Shown: positions 25,995-33,933, numbered from the stretch's first letter. The stretch: 64,000 nucleotides of DNA from Pseudomonas aeruginosa PAO1 (GCF_000006765.1 NC_002516.2); one strand, 5' to 3'. Notes: generated by a model from the sequence alone, not told the origin. Numbers and translations: made by a program.

Positions 25995-26851
25995 GCCGCC
26001 GTCTCGGCCAGCAGGGCGCGGCGGAATTCACCGACCAGGTCGTCCTGCGCCGAACCGCTGCGGCTGACCATCACCAGCTCGCGCTGGAATTCCAGCGCGC
26101 CCAGTTCGATCACCCGTACCCGCGCCGGCTCGCGTAGCCACAGCCCGGCCCGGGGCAGCAGCGCCACGCCGAGGCCGTTCTCCACCATCCGCGCGATCGC
26201 GTCGATCTCGTCCAGCTCCATCACCTGGCGCGGCCTGAGCTGCTGCGCCTCGAGGAAATCGCCCACCAGGCGACCGCCGAAGGACACATGGTCGTAGCGG
26301 ATGAACGGTTGCGTGCGCAGCAATTCCAGCGCATCCGTCGCGGTGCATTGCGGCGGCGCGATCAGCACGAACGGCTGGCGCTCGACCCGTTGCGCGGAGA
26401 GCCCGCGCGGCAGGTTGAACGGCGGGCGGATGAGGATCGCCAGGTCCAGTTCGGCGGCGTCCACCTGGTCCAGCAGGTGCAGCGAGACGCCCGGCACCAC
26501 CTGCGGCTCGATGTGCGGCGCCTGTTCGGCGAGGCGCTTGAGCACCTCCGGCAGCAGCCCGGTCTGCGCCGTGTTCACTGCACCGATGCGCAGGCGTCCG
26601 CGCGGGCTGTCGCCCTGGCCGATGCCGTCGAACAGCGCGAGGATCTGCTCGGCCGTACGCACCGCCTGCCTCCCGGCCTTGTTCAGGTGTGCCGCGCGCG
26701 GCGTGCGCTTGAACAACTCGACGCCGACGCTGCGTTCCAGCGCGCGGATCTGCGCGCTCACCGCCGACTGCGTCAGCCCCACCTGTTCCCCCGCCGCGGC
26801 GAAGGAGCCCCGGCGCGCCACGGCGACCAGGGTGCGGAGTTCGCGGATCAT
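25967..26851 (-). CDS. LysR-family transcriptional regulator (PA0816)
   Basis: 294 aa from MIRELRTL; [24 protein letters not shown]; 3' end overlaps PA0815 by 28 nt. Confidence 0.93.
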   Translation of the reverse strand: MIRELRTLVAVARRGSFAAAGEQVGLTQSAVSAQIRALERSVGVELFKRTPRAAHLNKAGRQAVRTAEQILALFDGIGQGDSPRGRLRIGAVNTAQTGLLPEVLKRLAEQAPHIEPQVVPGVSLHLLDQVDAAELDLAILIRPPFNLPRGLSAQRVERQPFVLIAPPQCTATDALELLRTQPFIRYDHVSFGGRLVGDFLEAQQLRPRQVMELDEIDAIARMVENGLGVALLPRAGLWLREPARVRVIELGALEFQRELVMVSRSGSAQDDLVGEFRRALLAETAAQEAAPTTA

Positions 26852-26951
26852 CCAAGCCTCGAAAAAAGTGTTGCTCAGGCGAAATATTATGCGCTTTCCA
26901 TCGAAATCGGCACGGCAAATAATCCCGGCACACCCACAGAGGAACCGCGCC

Positions 26952-27377
26952 ATGAGCCTGATGCCCTTCCACCTCGCCATCCCTGTCCACGACCTGCCCG
27001 CCGCCCGGCGCTTTTACGGCGAGGTCTTCGGCCTGAGCGAAGGCCGCTCCGCCGAGCACTGGGTCGACTTCGACTTCTTCGGCCACCAGTTGGTCATCCA
27101 CCAGCACCCGCAGACCGACTCCCAGCGCCACGCCGGCAGCAACCCGGTGGACGGCCACGACGTGCCGGTGCCGCACTTCGGCGTGGTCCTCGCCTGGGAC
27201 GACTGGCACGCCCTGGCCGAACGCCTGCAGCAGCGCGGCACCCGCTTCGTGATCGAGCCCTACATCCGCTTCAAGGGCCAGGTCGGCGAGCAGGCCACGC
27301 TGTTTCTCTTCGACCCCTGCGGCAACGCGCTGGAGTTCAAGAGCTTCCGCGACATGGGCCAGTTGTTCGCCAAGTGA
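26952..27377 (+). CDS. VOC-family (glyoxalase/extradiol dioxygenase-like) protein (PA0817)
   Basis: 141 aa; [30 protein letters not shown] and [12 protein letters not shown] motifs. Confidence 0.9.
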   Translation: MSLMPFHLAIPVHDLPAARRFYGEVFGLSEGRSAEHWVDFDFFGHQLVIHQHPQTDSQRHAGSNPVDGHDVPVPHFGVVLAWDDWHALAERLQQRGTRFVIEPYIRFKGQVGEQATLFLFDPCGNALEFKSFRDMGQLFAK

Positions 27378-27395
27378 GATTGCCGGCGCTCCACC

Positions 27396-27668
27396 TTACT
27401 GTGCGCAGTCCGTGCAGAACTCCAGCGCCGCGCAGCTGGACTGCTCGTCCGGTAGGCTCGATGTCGCGCACTCTTTCTTGCGCACCACGCTGCCCAGCGG
27501 CGCCAGCTTGAACCGCTCCGGCGGCGGGCTGGCCGGCTTTGCGCTTGTCGTCCCGTCGAGGTCGGGCTTGAAGGCGTGTTCAAGGTCGCCCAGGCGTTCG
27601 TCCAGGGTGGCGGAGGAGGCGAGGGCGGGCGTCAGGGCCAGGATGAGCAGGAGAACGCGGTAGGGCAT
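27396..27668 (-). CDS. Small exported hypothetical protein (PA0818)
   Basis: 90 aa; signal-peptide-like MPYRVLLLILALTPALASSA; four Cys near the C-terminus. Confidence 0.65.
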   Translation of the reverse strand: MPYRVLLLILALTPALASSATLDERLGDLEHAFKPDLDGTTSAKPASPPPERFKLAPLGSVVRKKECATSSLPDEQSSCAALEFCTDCAQ

Positions 27669-27823
27669 AGGGTTTCCGGTGTGGGTGGCGATGCGCTGGA
27701 GCCGAGCACGGCATCCCCGCATGACGAGGAATCGAAGCGGCCATTCAAGGCGATTGCGTGTTGGCGATGGGATGCGCTCGCCCTCTGTTTGGCATTTTGT
27801 GAAGCGCTTCGCACCTTGCCCGA

Positions 27824-28117
27824 GTGGCACCTTGTCCGGGCAAAACCGTCACCGCACAGTCCCCTTCCACCTTCATCCCCCTGCGACGCACCTCGCAATG
27901 CAACCAGCATCCCGGCTGCGCCACCCTCTACCTGGACTGCAGCGCAGCCAGCGAAGATCTGTTCGACACCGCCCGCACCCGTCTGGAGTCGGCGATCGGA
28001 ACGCTGAGCGTCCTCGACCTGCTCGACGAAACCGAAGAACCCGGTGAAAGCACCTGCCGCATCACCGGCTCCTTGCTGTCGCTGTTCGAGGCGGAATACG
28101 CACGCAGACACCGATAA
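27824..28117 (+). CDS. Hypothetical protein (PA0819)
   Basis: 97 aa GTG-start ORF. The C-terminal half (TLYLDCSAASEDLFDTARTRLESAIGTLSVL) looks like a real amphipathic helical protein; start uncertain. Confidence 0.55.
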   Translation: MAPCPGKTVTAQSPSTFIPLRRTSQCNQHPGCATLYLDCSAASEDLFDTARTRLESAIGTLSVLDLLDETEEPGESTCRITGSLLSLFEAEYARRHR

Positions 28118-28415
28118 CCGACGGAGGCGGTGCCCCCGGTGAGGCCGGGGGTTGGAGGAGTCTCTAATGTGAGCTGGTATGTCCATTGAGCCGAATTCAC
28201 ACAGGCCTTAACTATGAGCGTCTGTGCCGTACTATCCGCCTTGTCTGGCTAGGCTGTTGTGGTGAATTGGGCATGCCTTTTCGCTACATGCCTAACGATC
28301 TCAAGTAGGTATAGGTTTCTGGTAGAGGGGCATTGCTCCCGCTCTTTGCCAGGTTCGATTTTGGGCAGGTGCCTGATAGGCTGTCGCTCAACCATCATGA
28401 AAGGACTCTGCAGCT

Positions 28416-29228
28416 ATGCCCGCCGTTATCGCTGAGAATGATGTGTCGATCTGGGACGACGAAACTGGAGCTGTCTACCACTACCCAAGGCGATACAGCG
28501 CCATCCTTAAGCCAGGGGTGCAGGTGGTTTACTACAAGGGCAAGCTGACAGATAAGTCTTTTGCTGATCAGCGCCTCAGTGCTCAGCCGCATTACTTTGG
28601 TATTGCGCGTATCGGCAAGGTTTACCCTGACCCTGAAAGCTCGAAAGGTGATCTCTTCGCGTTGATCGAGAGTTTTCAGCCATTTGAGCAGGCAGTCCTG
28701 GCAAAAGAAGGGAATAGCTACCTAGAGCCCATTCCGCCATCGAAGGCCAGCAACTACTGGCGTAGTGGTGTCCGGGAGATTGGACAGGTCACCTTTGATA
28801 GCATCCTGGCAAGGGCCGAGATTAAGCCTTTGCAGGTTGCCGAGAGTTGGGGCGATAGAGCTTTGGGGGGCTTCGAGTCTCGCACCGAGGGCAGTCTGTC
28901 CACCTACTACGGGGTCCGCTACGAGCGTGACCCAACGCTGCGTCTCCAAGCAATTGCGATTCATGGTGTAGCTTGCAAGGCGTGCGGTTTTGATTTCGGA
29001 AAGGCATACGGCGAGTACGCGAAGGGTTTTATCCACGTTCACCACACGCAGCCCATTTCTGAGTTCGAAGCCCCCAAAGCCGTGAACCCTGAAACTGACC
29101 TGGTGCCCCTCTGTGCAAATTGCCATGCAGTTGTTCATCGCAGGCGTGATCGAACTCTTAGCGTCGATGAGCTGAAGGGGCTTGTTCGTGGGAGGTGGGT
29201 TTGCGCGGAGGCTGATGTAGTCGTTTAG
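28416..29228 (+). CDS. HNH endonuclease with distinct N-terminal domain, McrA-like (PA0820)
   Basis: 270 aa; C-terminal CKACGFDF...IHVHHTQPI...DLVPLCANCHAVVH (Zn finger plus HNH); AAAGGA RBS. Confidence 0.9.
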   Translation: MPAVIAENDVSIWDDETGAVYHYPRRYSAILKPGVQVVYYKGKLTDKSFADQRLSAQPHYFGIARIGKVYPDPESSKGDLFALIESFQPFEQAVLAKEGNSYLEPIPPSKASNYWRSGVREIGQVTFDSILARAEIKPLQVAESWGDRALGGFESRTEGSLSTYYGVRYERDPTLRLQAIAIHGVACKACGFDFGKAYGEYAKGFIHVHHTQPISEFEAPKAVNPETDLVPLCANCHAVVHRRRDRTLSVDELKGLVRGRWVCAEADVVV

Positions 29229-29230
29229 GT

Positions 29231-29272
29231 AAGGAAAAAGAAGGAAAAAGGGGACATATTTATTTTTCTGTC
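29231..29272 (+). repeat. Tandem AAGGAAAAAG x2 followed by GGGACATATTTATTTTTCTGTC
   Basis: 10-nt direct repeat at 29231-29250, then an AT-rich element bounded by GACA...TGTC, between convergent PA0820 and tsiV. Confidence 0.55.
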
Positions 29273-29334
29273 AGGCTCGCCTCATAGGGAGTTTAGCCTT
29301 GACGAGCACTTTTGATCCCAGAAAACGTAAGCCC

Positions 29335-30423
29335 CTACAGGCGCTCCGGCAGCGTATTCGTCGCGTCCAGGTAAGGCTCAGCGCTGAGCAGTTTGTCGCA
29401 CCACCGGGGAATCTCGCTGTCTTCCACATCCAGCCGTTTCAGCCATTGATCGGCCGCCCAGCCCACCAGCCGCAATTCGCCGTCGTGGGAGCCGCCGTGT
29501 AGCGAGCCGATGGTTTCATAGCGAATGCCTTTGAGCGCGTGGTTCAGCAGCACATACGGAGCGGGCCTGGAGTCTTCCGCATCACCCGCGATATAGGGAT
29601 AGGCACCGGCCTGGATTACCACGCCATCGCCGTAGCGGTAGAAGGCAAAGTGGCTGGAGGGCAGTTGCGCACGCAGGGCATCGAGCCCGCCGGCCAGCGC
29701 CAGGCGCTCGTTGTTCAGGAGGGTTAGCCAACTGACAGTTTTGATTCTTGTAGGTTTGAACTCGGGAGTATTGGCCAGCAGACAAGCCGTCCCTACATCC
29801 AAACCCGGCATACGCGCCGCCATAAAGGCTTCGGAGGGCTCGTCATTGTCCCAACTGGTCGGCGAGAGATTGTAGGCATGCCCCGCATACCCCTGCTCCG
29901 GCTCTAGTCGCCGTGCGAAGTCAATAAACAGCTGTAGGAAATCCAATGGCTGCCGCTCTTGATATAGCAGAGGTACGGAGAACTCCAGAACACTAAGATC
30001 ATGCCCCATTTTGGCTTGCCAGCTCCGCTTGCCGTAAATATCAAACAGCCAGGCGCCTGCATCGCGGGATTTCTTGCCGCTGGTGTAGCAGAAGCTGAGA
30101 TGATCGTCTTCATCCATTGCCCCCATCATCTCGCGCAGTGGTTGGGTGTCACGGTATGCGGTCAGTGGCTTTCCTTGTGCAGGCTCTTCACGCCAGAGCC
30201 AGGTGAGGTGAGGCTCTGCCAGGCGCTCGAACTCATCGAAGCATTGGCATAATGACTCACGTACCAGTGGGGTATGGGCCTTTTTGAAGTAGAGAGTGCC
30301 GCGTAGGCAAAGCACAGCACCGATATAGTCTTCGGGGCCGCTCTTCATCAACAGGTTGCCGGCTATTTCCAGTAGATGGGGTTGCTTGGCTAACTCTGCA
30401 GCCAGATCGAATGGCTGTTCCAT
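29335..30423 (-). CDS. tsiV: DUF3396-family T6SS immunity protein TsiV (PA0821)
   Basis: 362 aa; GYAGHAYNL, MPGLDVG, IKTVSWLTLL and GVVIQAGAYP motifs; immediately downstream of the VRR-NUC effector, with AGAGGA RBS. Confidence 0.88.
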   Translation of the reverse strand: MEQPFDLAAELAKQPHLLEIAGNLLMKSGPEDYIGAVLCLRGTLYFKKAHTPLVRESLCQCFDEFERLAEPHLTWLWREEPAQGKPLTAYRDTQPLREMMGAMDEDDHLSFCYTSGKKSRDAGAWLFDIYGKRSWQAKMGHDLSVLEFSVPLLYQERQPLDFLQLFIDFARRLEPEQGYAGHAYNLSPTSWDNDEPSEAFMAARMPGLDVGTACLLANTPEFKPTRIKTVSWLTLLNNERLALAGGLDALRAQLPSSHFAFYRYGDGVVIQAGAYPYIAGDAEDSRPAPYVLLNHALKGIRYETIGSLHGGSHDGELRLVGWAADQWLKRLDVEDSEIPRWCDKLLSAEPYLDATNTLPERL

Positions 30424-30439
30424 GGGCTTTTCCTCTTGA

Positions 30440-30886
30440 TCAATAGGCGGGAATCATCGGGCGAGGGGAACGGCCTCGGGTCAAGACGAACATCACTCCA
30501 CCTGCGATGGCGACGGCCCACCCTGCTTGCTCTACTGGCACCTTGGATCGTTGATTTTCCTGGCCACAGTCGCAGTCGGAGGGTTTCATTTCAACAATCT
30601 TGTTCTTGTTGCCGGCAATCGCTGCATAATCCTCAAGTTGTTCCCTATTATGTGGGTCAGGCGGAAACTTCATCTCCACCACCTGCTTGATATTGTCCTG
30701 GGTTGGCGGCCTGTTGGGATTCTGAACGATGATCACGTCGGGCCTGCGAATCATTCCTTTCCCTGGCTTGAACGGCGGATGCTCCGGATCTTCATCCCAA
30801 TACTTGCTGATCCATCCCGGTATCCAGCCATGTGGACTGTTACCGGTCTGGCTATCGAGAATCGGCTGCGGTGGGTTCTTGGTCAT
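30440..30886 (-). CDS. tseV: VRR-NUC nuclease domain ORF, C-terminal half of TseV (PA0822)
   Basis: 148 aa; PD-(D/E)xK motif RRPDVIIV...VVEMKFP; GAGGT lies 10 nt upstream of its ATG. Confidence 0.8.
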   Translation of the reverse strand: MTKNPPQPILDSQTGNSPHGWIPGWISKYWDEDPEHPPFKPGKGMIRRPDVIIVQNPNRPPTQDNIKQVVEMKFPPDPHNREQLEDYAAIAGNKNKIVEMKPSDCDCGQENQRSKVPVEQAGWAVAIAGGVMFVLTRGRSPRPMIPAY

Positions 30887-30907
30887 GTCGTAGCTGACCT
30901 CGGGCTT

Positions 30908-31141
30908 TTAGGGGCTGCGTCCCTGGAGAACTTCGTCCAACTCTCCCAGCCGCTGTGCCACGCACGCCTGCTTGAGGCTTTTGCCATCCTGGCTGAGGTT
31001 GGGCGTGCTGCTGCAATGGCAGACCGCCGAGCACAGCACCTTCTTGTCCTGCGGATCGAGCCTGGGTTCCAGGGTGCCGACGGGGTTGGTCCTGCCTTCG
31101 GGGCTCATGCCTCCCCGGGACAGGCTGGGCTGGTCGCTCAT
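30908..31141 (-). CDS. N-terminal Cys-rich fragment of the effector (PA0823)
   Basis: 77 aa from an ATG overlapping the PAAR stop (ATGA); LCSAVCHC...KQACV. Confidence 0.65.
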   Translation of the reverse strand: MSDQPSLSRGGMSPEGRTNPVGTLEPRLDPQDKKVLCSAVCHCSSTPNLSQDGKSLKQACVAQRLGELDEVLQGRSP

Positions 31142-31656
31142 GCGTCGCACCTCTGCACCAGGTCGATGTAGAGGATCTCCGCGGTGGGGCGCTCGATCCA
31201 GGAGGTCATGCCGTCGGCATCCGTGGTGTCGAACGCATTCCAGCCGCCACTCGACCAGACCCTGACCCGGCGTCCGGCGACGGGCTTGCCCGTTTCGTGG
31301 TCGATGAGCTGGAAGCGCCCGGAACAGGGCACGCTGTTGCGGTTAAGGGGAAGGGCGGGAGCGCGCGGGGCGGGCGTGAAGACGTCGCCGATGAGTACCG
31401 TCCCCGAGCCGCCGATCACCACGTTGCCGTGCGCCCCGATACTACCCAGCGTCACCGCCGGCAGGCCGTTGATGAGTACCGTCGACGAAACGGCTGAGAT
31501 CATCGGGCTTCCGCAGGCTGAGGCGTCGCCTTGCCGTGCTGCCGGCAGGCCGTCGAAAACGACGTCGGGAGAGCCCTGGACGATGGGGTTGCTGCCATGC
31601 CCTGGCACTGGGCAGGTCGTTGGATCGGTGACGCGGGCGGCGGGTTTTCCACTCAT
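31138..31656 (-). CDS. PAAR-domain T6SS spike-tip protein with C-terminal extension, PAAR2 (PA0824)
   Basis: 172 aa; KPAARVTD...CPVPGHG, LPAARQGD...CG and PAVTLGS...HG motifs, plus about 75 aa beta-rich C-terminal domain. Confidence 0.93.
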   Translation of the reverse strand: MSGKPAARVTDPTTCPVPGHGSNPIVQGSPDVVFDGLPAARQGDASACGSPMISAVSSTVLINGLPAVTLGSIGAHGNVVIGGSGTVLIGDVFTPAPRAPALPLNRNSVPCSGRFQLIDHETGKPVAGRRVRVWSSGGWNAFDTTDADGMTSWIERPTAEILYIDLVQRCDA

Positions 31657-31829
31657 GTGCGGGTCCTTGCATCAGTGAGATGTGCTGGCCGCTCTGGCGG
31701 CCAATTCGGGATTGAACGAGTCGGCACCTATCGCCAGCGGAAGAAACGCAGAAGGGGACTTCTCCTTGTCCCACCTCCCGGCATTGGTTTCTTCTCCGGC
31801 CCGCCGAGGACCGTAGCGAGGTGCGCCGG

Positions 31830-32165
31830 TCAGTCTTGAGGGTGCGACGCGGAAGCGCCGGCTACCTGCAGCGCTGCAACTTCCAGCCGGGCGTCGCGGC
31901 GGGTCTGCTCCGTATGGCCCTGGATGATGCCGGGAATCAGGAAGGCATCGACGATCCACCAGATGCCGGTAATGATCAGGGGGAACAGGGTGAAACAACC
32001 GATCAGCGTGATGATCAGTTGGGTAACCGCCGTGCCGGTTTTCCCCAGGTAGAAGCGGTGTGCGCCGAAACCGCCCAGGAAGAACCACAGAAGATAGGCG
32101 GTGCCGGTGGATTTCTGGGCGTTGGAAACTTTCTGCTCCACGAGCATTTCAGACTGTAGTGACAT
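31830..32165 (-). CDS. TM2 (NINE) domain membrane protein (PA0825)
   Basis: 111 aa; KSTGTAYLLWFFLGGFGAHRFYLGK is the TM2 signature. Confidence 0.88.
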   Translation of the reverse strand: MSLQSEMLVEQKVSNAQKSTGTAYLLWFFLGGFGAHRFYLGKTGTAVTQLIITLIGCFTLFPLIITGIWWIVDAFLIPGIIQGHTEQTRRDARLEVAALQVAGASASHPQD

Positions 32166-32293
32166 GAGTTTTCCCACTGATCCATGCGGAAGACATGGTG
32201 GGAATTGAAACGTTGCCAACGGTGTTTTTTCAAGCGTCCAGTCTGAGGATGTTTTTGATTTGTAGTTTTATTGCGGGGCTCTGGAAGAGTCGG

Positions 32294-32313
32294 CCAGGAG
32301 TCGGAACTCCTGG
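32294..32313. repeat. Perfect 8-bp hairpin upstream of the TM2 gene
   Basis: CCAGGAGT-cgga-ACTCCTGG. Confidence 0.5.
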
Positions 32314-32362
32314 ACTTCGTAGAAGTGCTTAAAACAAACTGGCGAGTGGCTGGAGTTTATTG

Positions 32363-32396
32363 GCGAAAGGCGTCCGGCCGGGCGCCTTTCGCTTTT
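32363..32396. terminator. Hairpin terminator, GCGAAAGGCG-type palindrome
   Basis: GCGAAAGGCGtCC-ggcc-GGgCGCCTTTCGC followed by TTTT on +; the same arm sequence recurs at 45635-45662. Confidence 0.7.
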
Positions 32397-32407
32397 GTCC
32401 GTTAACT

Positions 32408-33046
32408 TCATAGTGGCGTGGTTTCGAACTTTATCTTTTGATAGTTCTCGAAAATGAACCTGTCTTCCGGCGACAGGGCCGTTTCGTCGAAGGGCAGGAT
32501 CGCGCCGTCATGCATGACCTTGTAGTCGCGAGAGGTGATTTTCGTCTCCGCCGTGGTGAATGTACTCATGAAGCGCTTATGGGCATCCTCCTGGAACTCC
32601 TTCCTGTGCTGGAGGAAGTAGGCGAAGTCCATGTGCCCAACCATGAAGACGATGCTCCAGTCCTTCCTGGCGGCTATGTCCCATTTCCACATGGCGGAGA
32701 GTTTCCGCCTAATGGCCTGGTCGGACTCCCTCAGGGCCTTCTTGAGACAGTCGAAGGCGTAGGTACTGTCTATGTCGAATTCGCAGATGGTCAGGTAGTT
32801 CACGAACTTTTCGCCGAAGACACAACTGGAGCCGAGGGTGAAAACCTCGTATCCCGGGTAATACCTGCGAAAGAAATCAAGTTCCGTCAGGAACCAGTCT
32901 TCCAGTGCGGGTCGGCTGCTCTTCCCGTAGACGTTCTTGACGATGTCTGGCGTATATTCGAACCCTTCGCTGGTGCAGGTCAGAACGTTCTTCTCATCTT
33001 TGGCGATGACTATCCTGTTTTTTGCTCCTTTCGGTTCCTTTTTCAT
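32408..33046 (-). CDS. Orphan hypothetical protein (PA0826)
   Basis: 212 aa from ATG after AAGGA (ORF could extend to GTG at 33115); low-GC; no family recognised. Confidence 0.75.
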   Translation of the reverse strand: MKKEPKGAKNRIVIAKDEKNVLTCTSEGFEYTPDIVKNVYGKSSRPALEDWFLTELDFFRRYYPGYEVFTLGSSCVFGEKFVNYLTICEFDIDSTYAFDCLKKALRESDQAIRRKLSAMWKWDIAARKDWSIVFMVGHMDFAYFLQHRKEFQEDAHKRFMSTFTTAETKITSRDYKVMHDGAILPFDETALSPEDRFIFENYQKIKFETTPL

Positions 33047-33471
33047 TTTTCTTGTCCTTCGAGCGTCTGTGGAGGCCGGTTTATCGTGTTTTGGAATCTC
33101 TGTTTTAGGTTTCACTTTCCAAGGATATAAGACGCCTGCTTACCCTGGTAGTGAGTGTCTAGCTCAAATTCTTTTTCTGTGCTTGACGAAAAGTATGCGT
33201 CGGTTTCTCGGAGGCTCGTTTTCTTGGGCGGGGAGTTTCGAACCTGAATCCATGAATGTTTTCCTGCCAGCGTTCCAGAACCTTGTTGGCGGCGGAATCG
33301 AACGGTCTCATTAACAGATTCGGGAAATATCATTCCACGCGTCCGCAGCCAAAAGGGCGGGCCGGCGAAGCTCGCCGGGTGCCGGTCACGGTAGGGGAGG
33401 GAGCAGCAAGGCGAGCCGGCAACAGGAAAGGCCCGGCGCTGGAGGAGCAGGCAAGGAACTGGGCAAAGAAA

Positions 33472-33506
33472 AAGCCCCTGAAATTCACTAGGAAAATCAG
33501 GGGCTT
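33472..33506 (-). terminator. ssrA terminator
   Basis: AAGCCCCTGA...TCAGGGGCTT stem 14 nt after the tmRNA CCA, followed by TTTCTTT on the minus strand. Confidence 0.85.
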
Positions 33507-33519
33507 ATCTCTTTGCATT

Positions 33520-33872
33520 TGGTGGAGCCGGGGGGATTTGAACCCCCGTCCGCCAGCTCTCCGCTATCGGTTCTACATGCTTAGCCAGCTCTACTGAGTT
33601 AACTCCGCGCCGCCCGAGTGGCAGGGTGCTTGGAGCGAGCTGTATGAGTTTTAGCCGTTACGTCTACAGCGAACTTGGCGGCGATCCTGTTCTATCTGAC
33701 AGTCGTTTCGGGTTTACAGGCATCCCCTAGCGACTGCTAGCCGCATTAAGCAGCTAGAGCGTAGTTGTCGTCGTTGGCAACTATAAGTTTGCAGCAGCGA
33801 ATTTACGAGTTCTGCTACCAGCTCGGCATGCCCCTCAAGTTTTGTTACCGGCGTCGAATCCTAATCGGCCCC
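33520..33872 (-). ncRNA. ssrA: tmRNA (transfer-messenger RNA), 353 nt
   Basis: 5' GGGGCCGATTAGGATTCGACGCCGG; 3' T-arm GGGGGTTCAAATCCCCCCGGCTCCACCA; tag reading frame at 33778-33746 encodes ANDDNYALAA*. Confidence 0.98.
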
Positions 33873-33895
33873 AAAACCTTGACAGGTCGACGACC

Positions 33896-33925
33896 AGTCT
33901 ACGGCAAAGGGCTGCGAGAGTCCAA
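33896..33925 (-). promoter_or_regulatory. Candidate sigma70 promoter of ssrA
   Basis: TTGGAC-N18-TAGACT on the minus strand, ending about 24 nt before the mature 5' end. Confidence 0.55.
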
Positions 33926-33933
33926 TCCGCCGC

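Larger units (their letters stand above)
30440..31141 (-). pseudogene. tseV: VRR-NUC T6SS effector gene interrupted by one in-frame stop (PA0823+PA0822)
   Basis: Minus strand reads CGC AGC CCC TAA AAG CCC GAG GTC AGC TAC GAC ATG ACC AAG, i.e. R-S-P-*-K-P-E-V-S-Y-D-M-T-K. Both ORFs share one frame, and TAA (30908-30910) is one base from Tyr TAY. Merged product would be 233 aa. Confidence 0.75.
28160..33519. mobile_element. Lower-GC accessory block abutting the 3' end of ssrA (island remnant)
   Basis: Visible drop in GC and loss of the strong GC3 codon bias from about 28160 to the tmRNA CCA end; cargo-type genes. No integrase seen. Confidence 0.6.

Noticed and set aside
33159-33311. 50-codon minus-strand ORF (MRPFDSAANKVLERWQENIHGF...) upstream of PA0826
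   Set aside because: No clear RBS, no recognisable motif; cannot be told from chance without Ribo-seq.
33330-33518. 62-aa ORF starting right after the tmRNA CCA
   Set aside because: Reads through the ssrA terminator and has no RBS.
28160-33519. Intact prophage, ICE or IS at ssrA
   Set aside because: No integrase, transposase, structural or conjugation genes and no perfect att duplication found.
33520-33550. tRNA-like 3' end (T-arm plus CCA)
   Set aside because: Part of tmRNA, not a separate tRNA gene; no anticodon arm.
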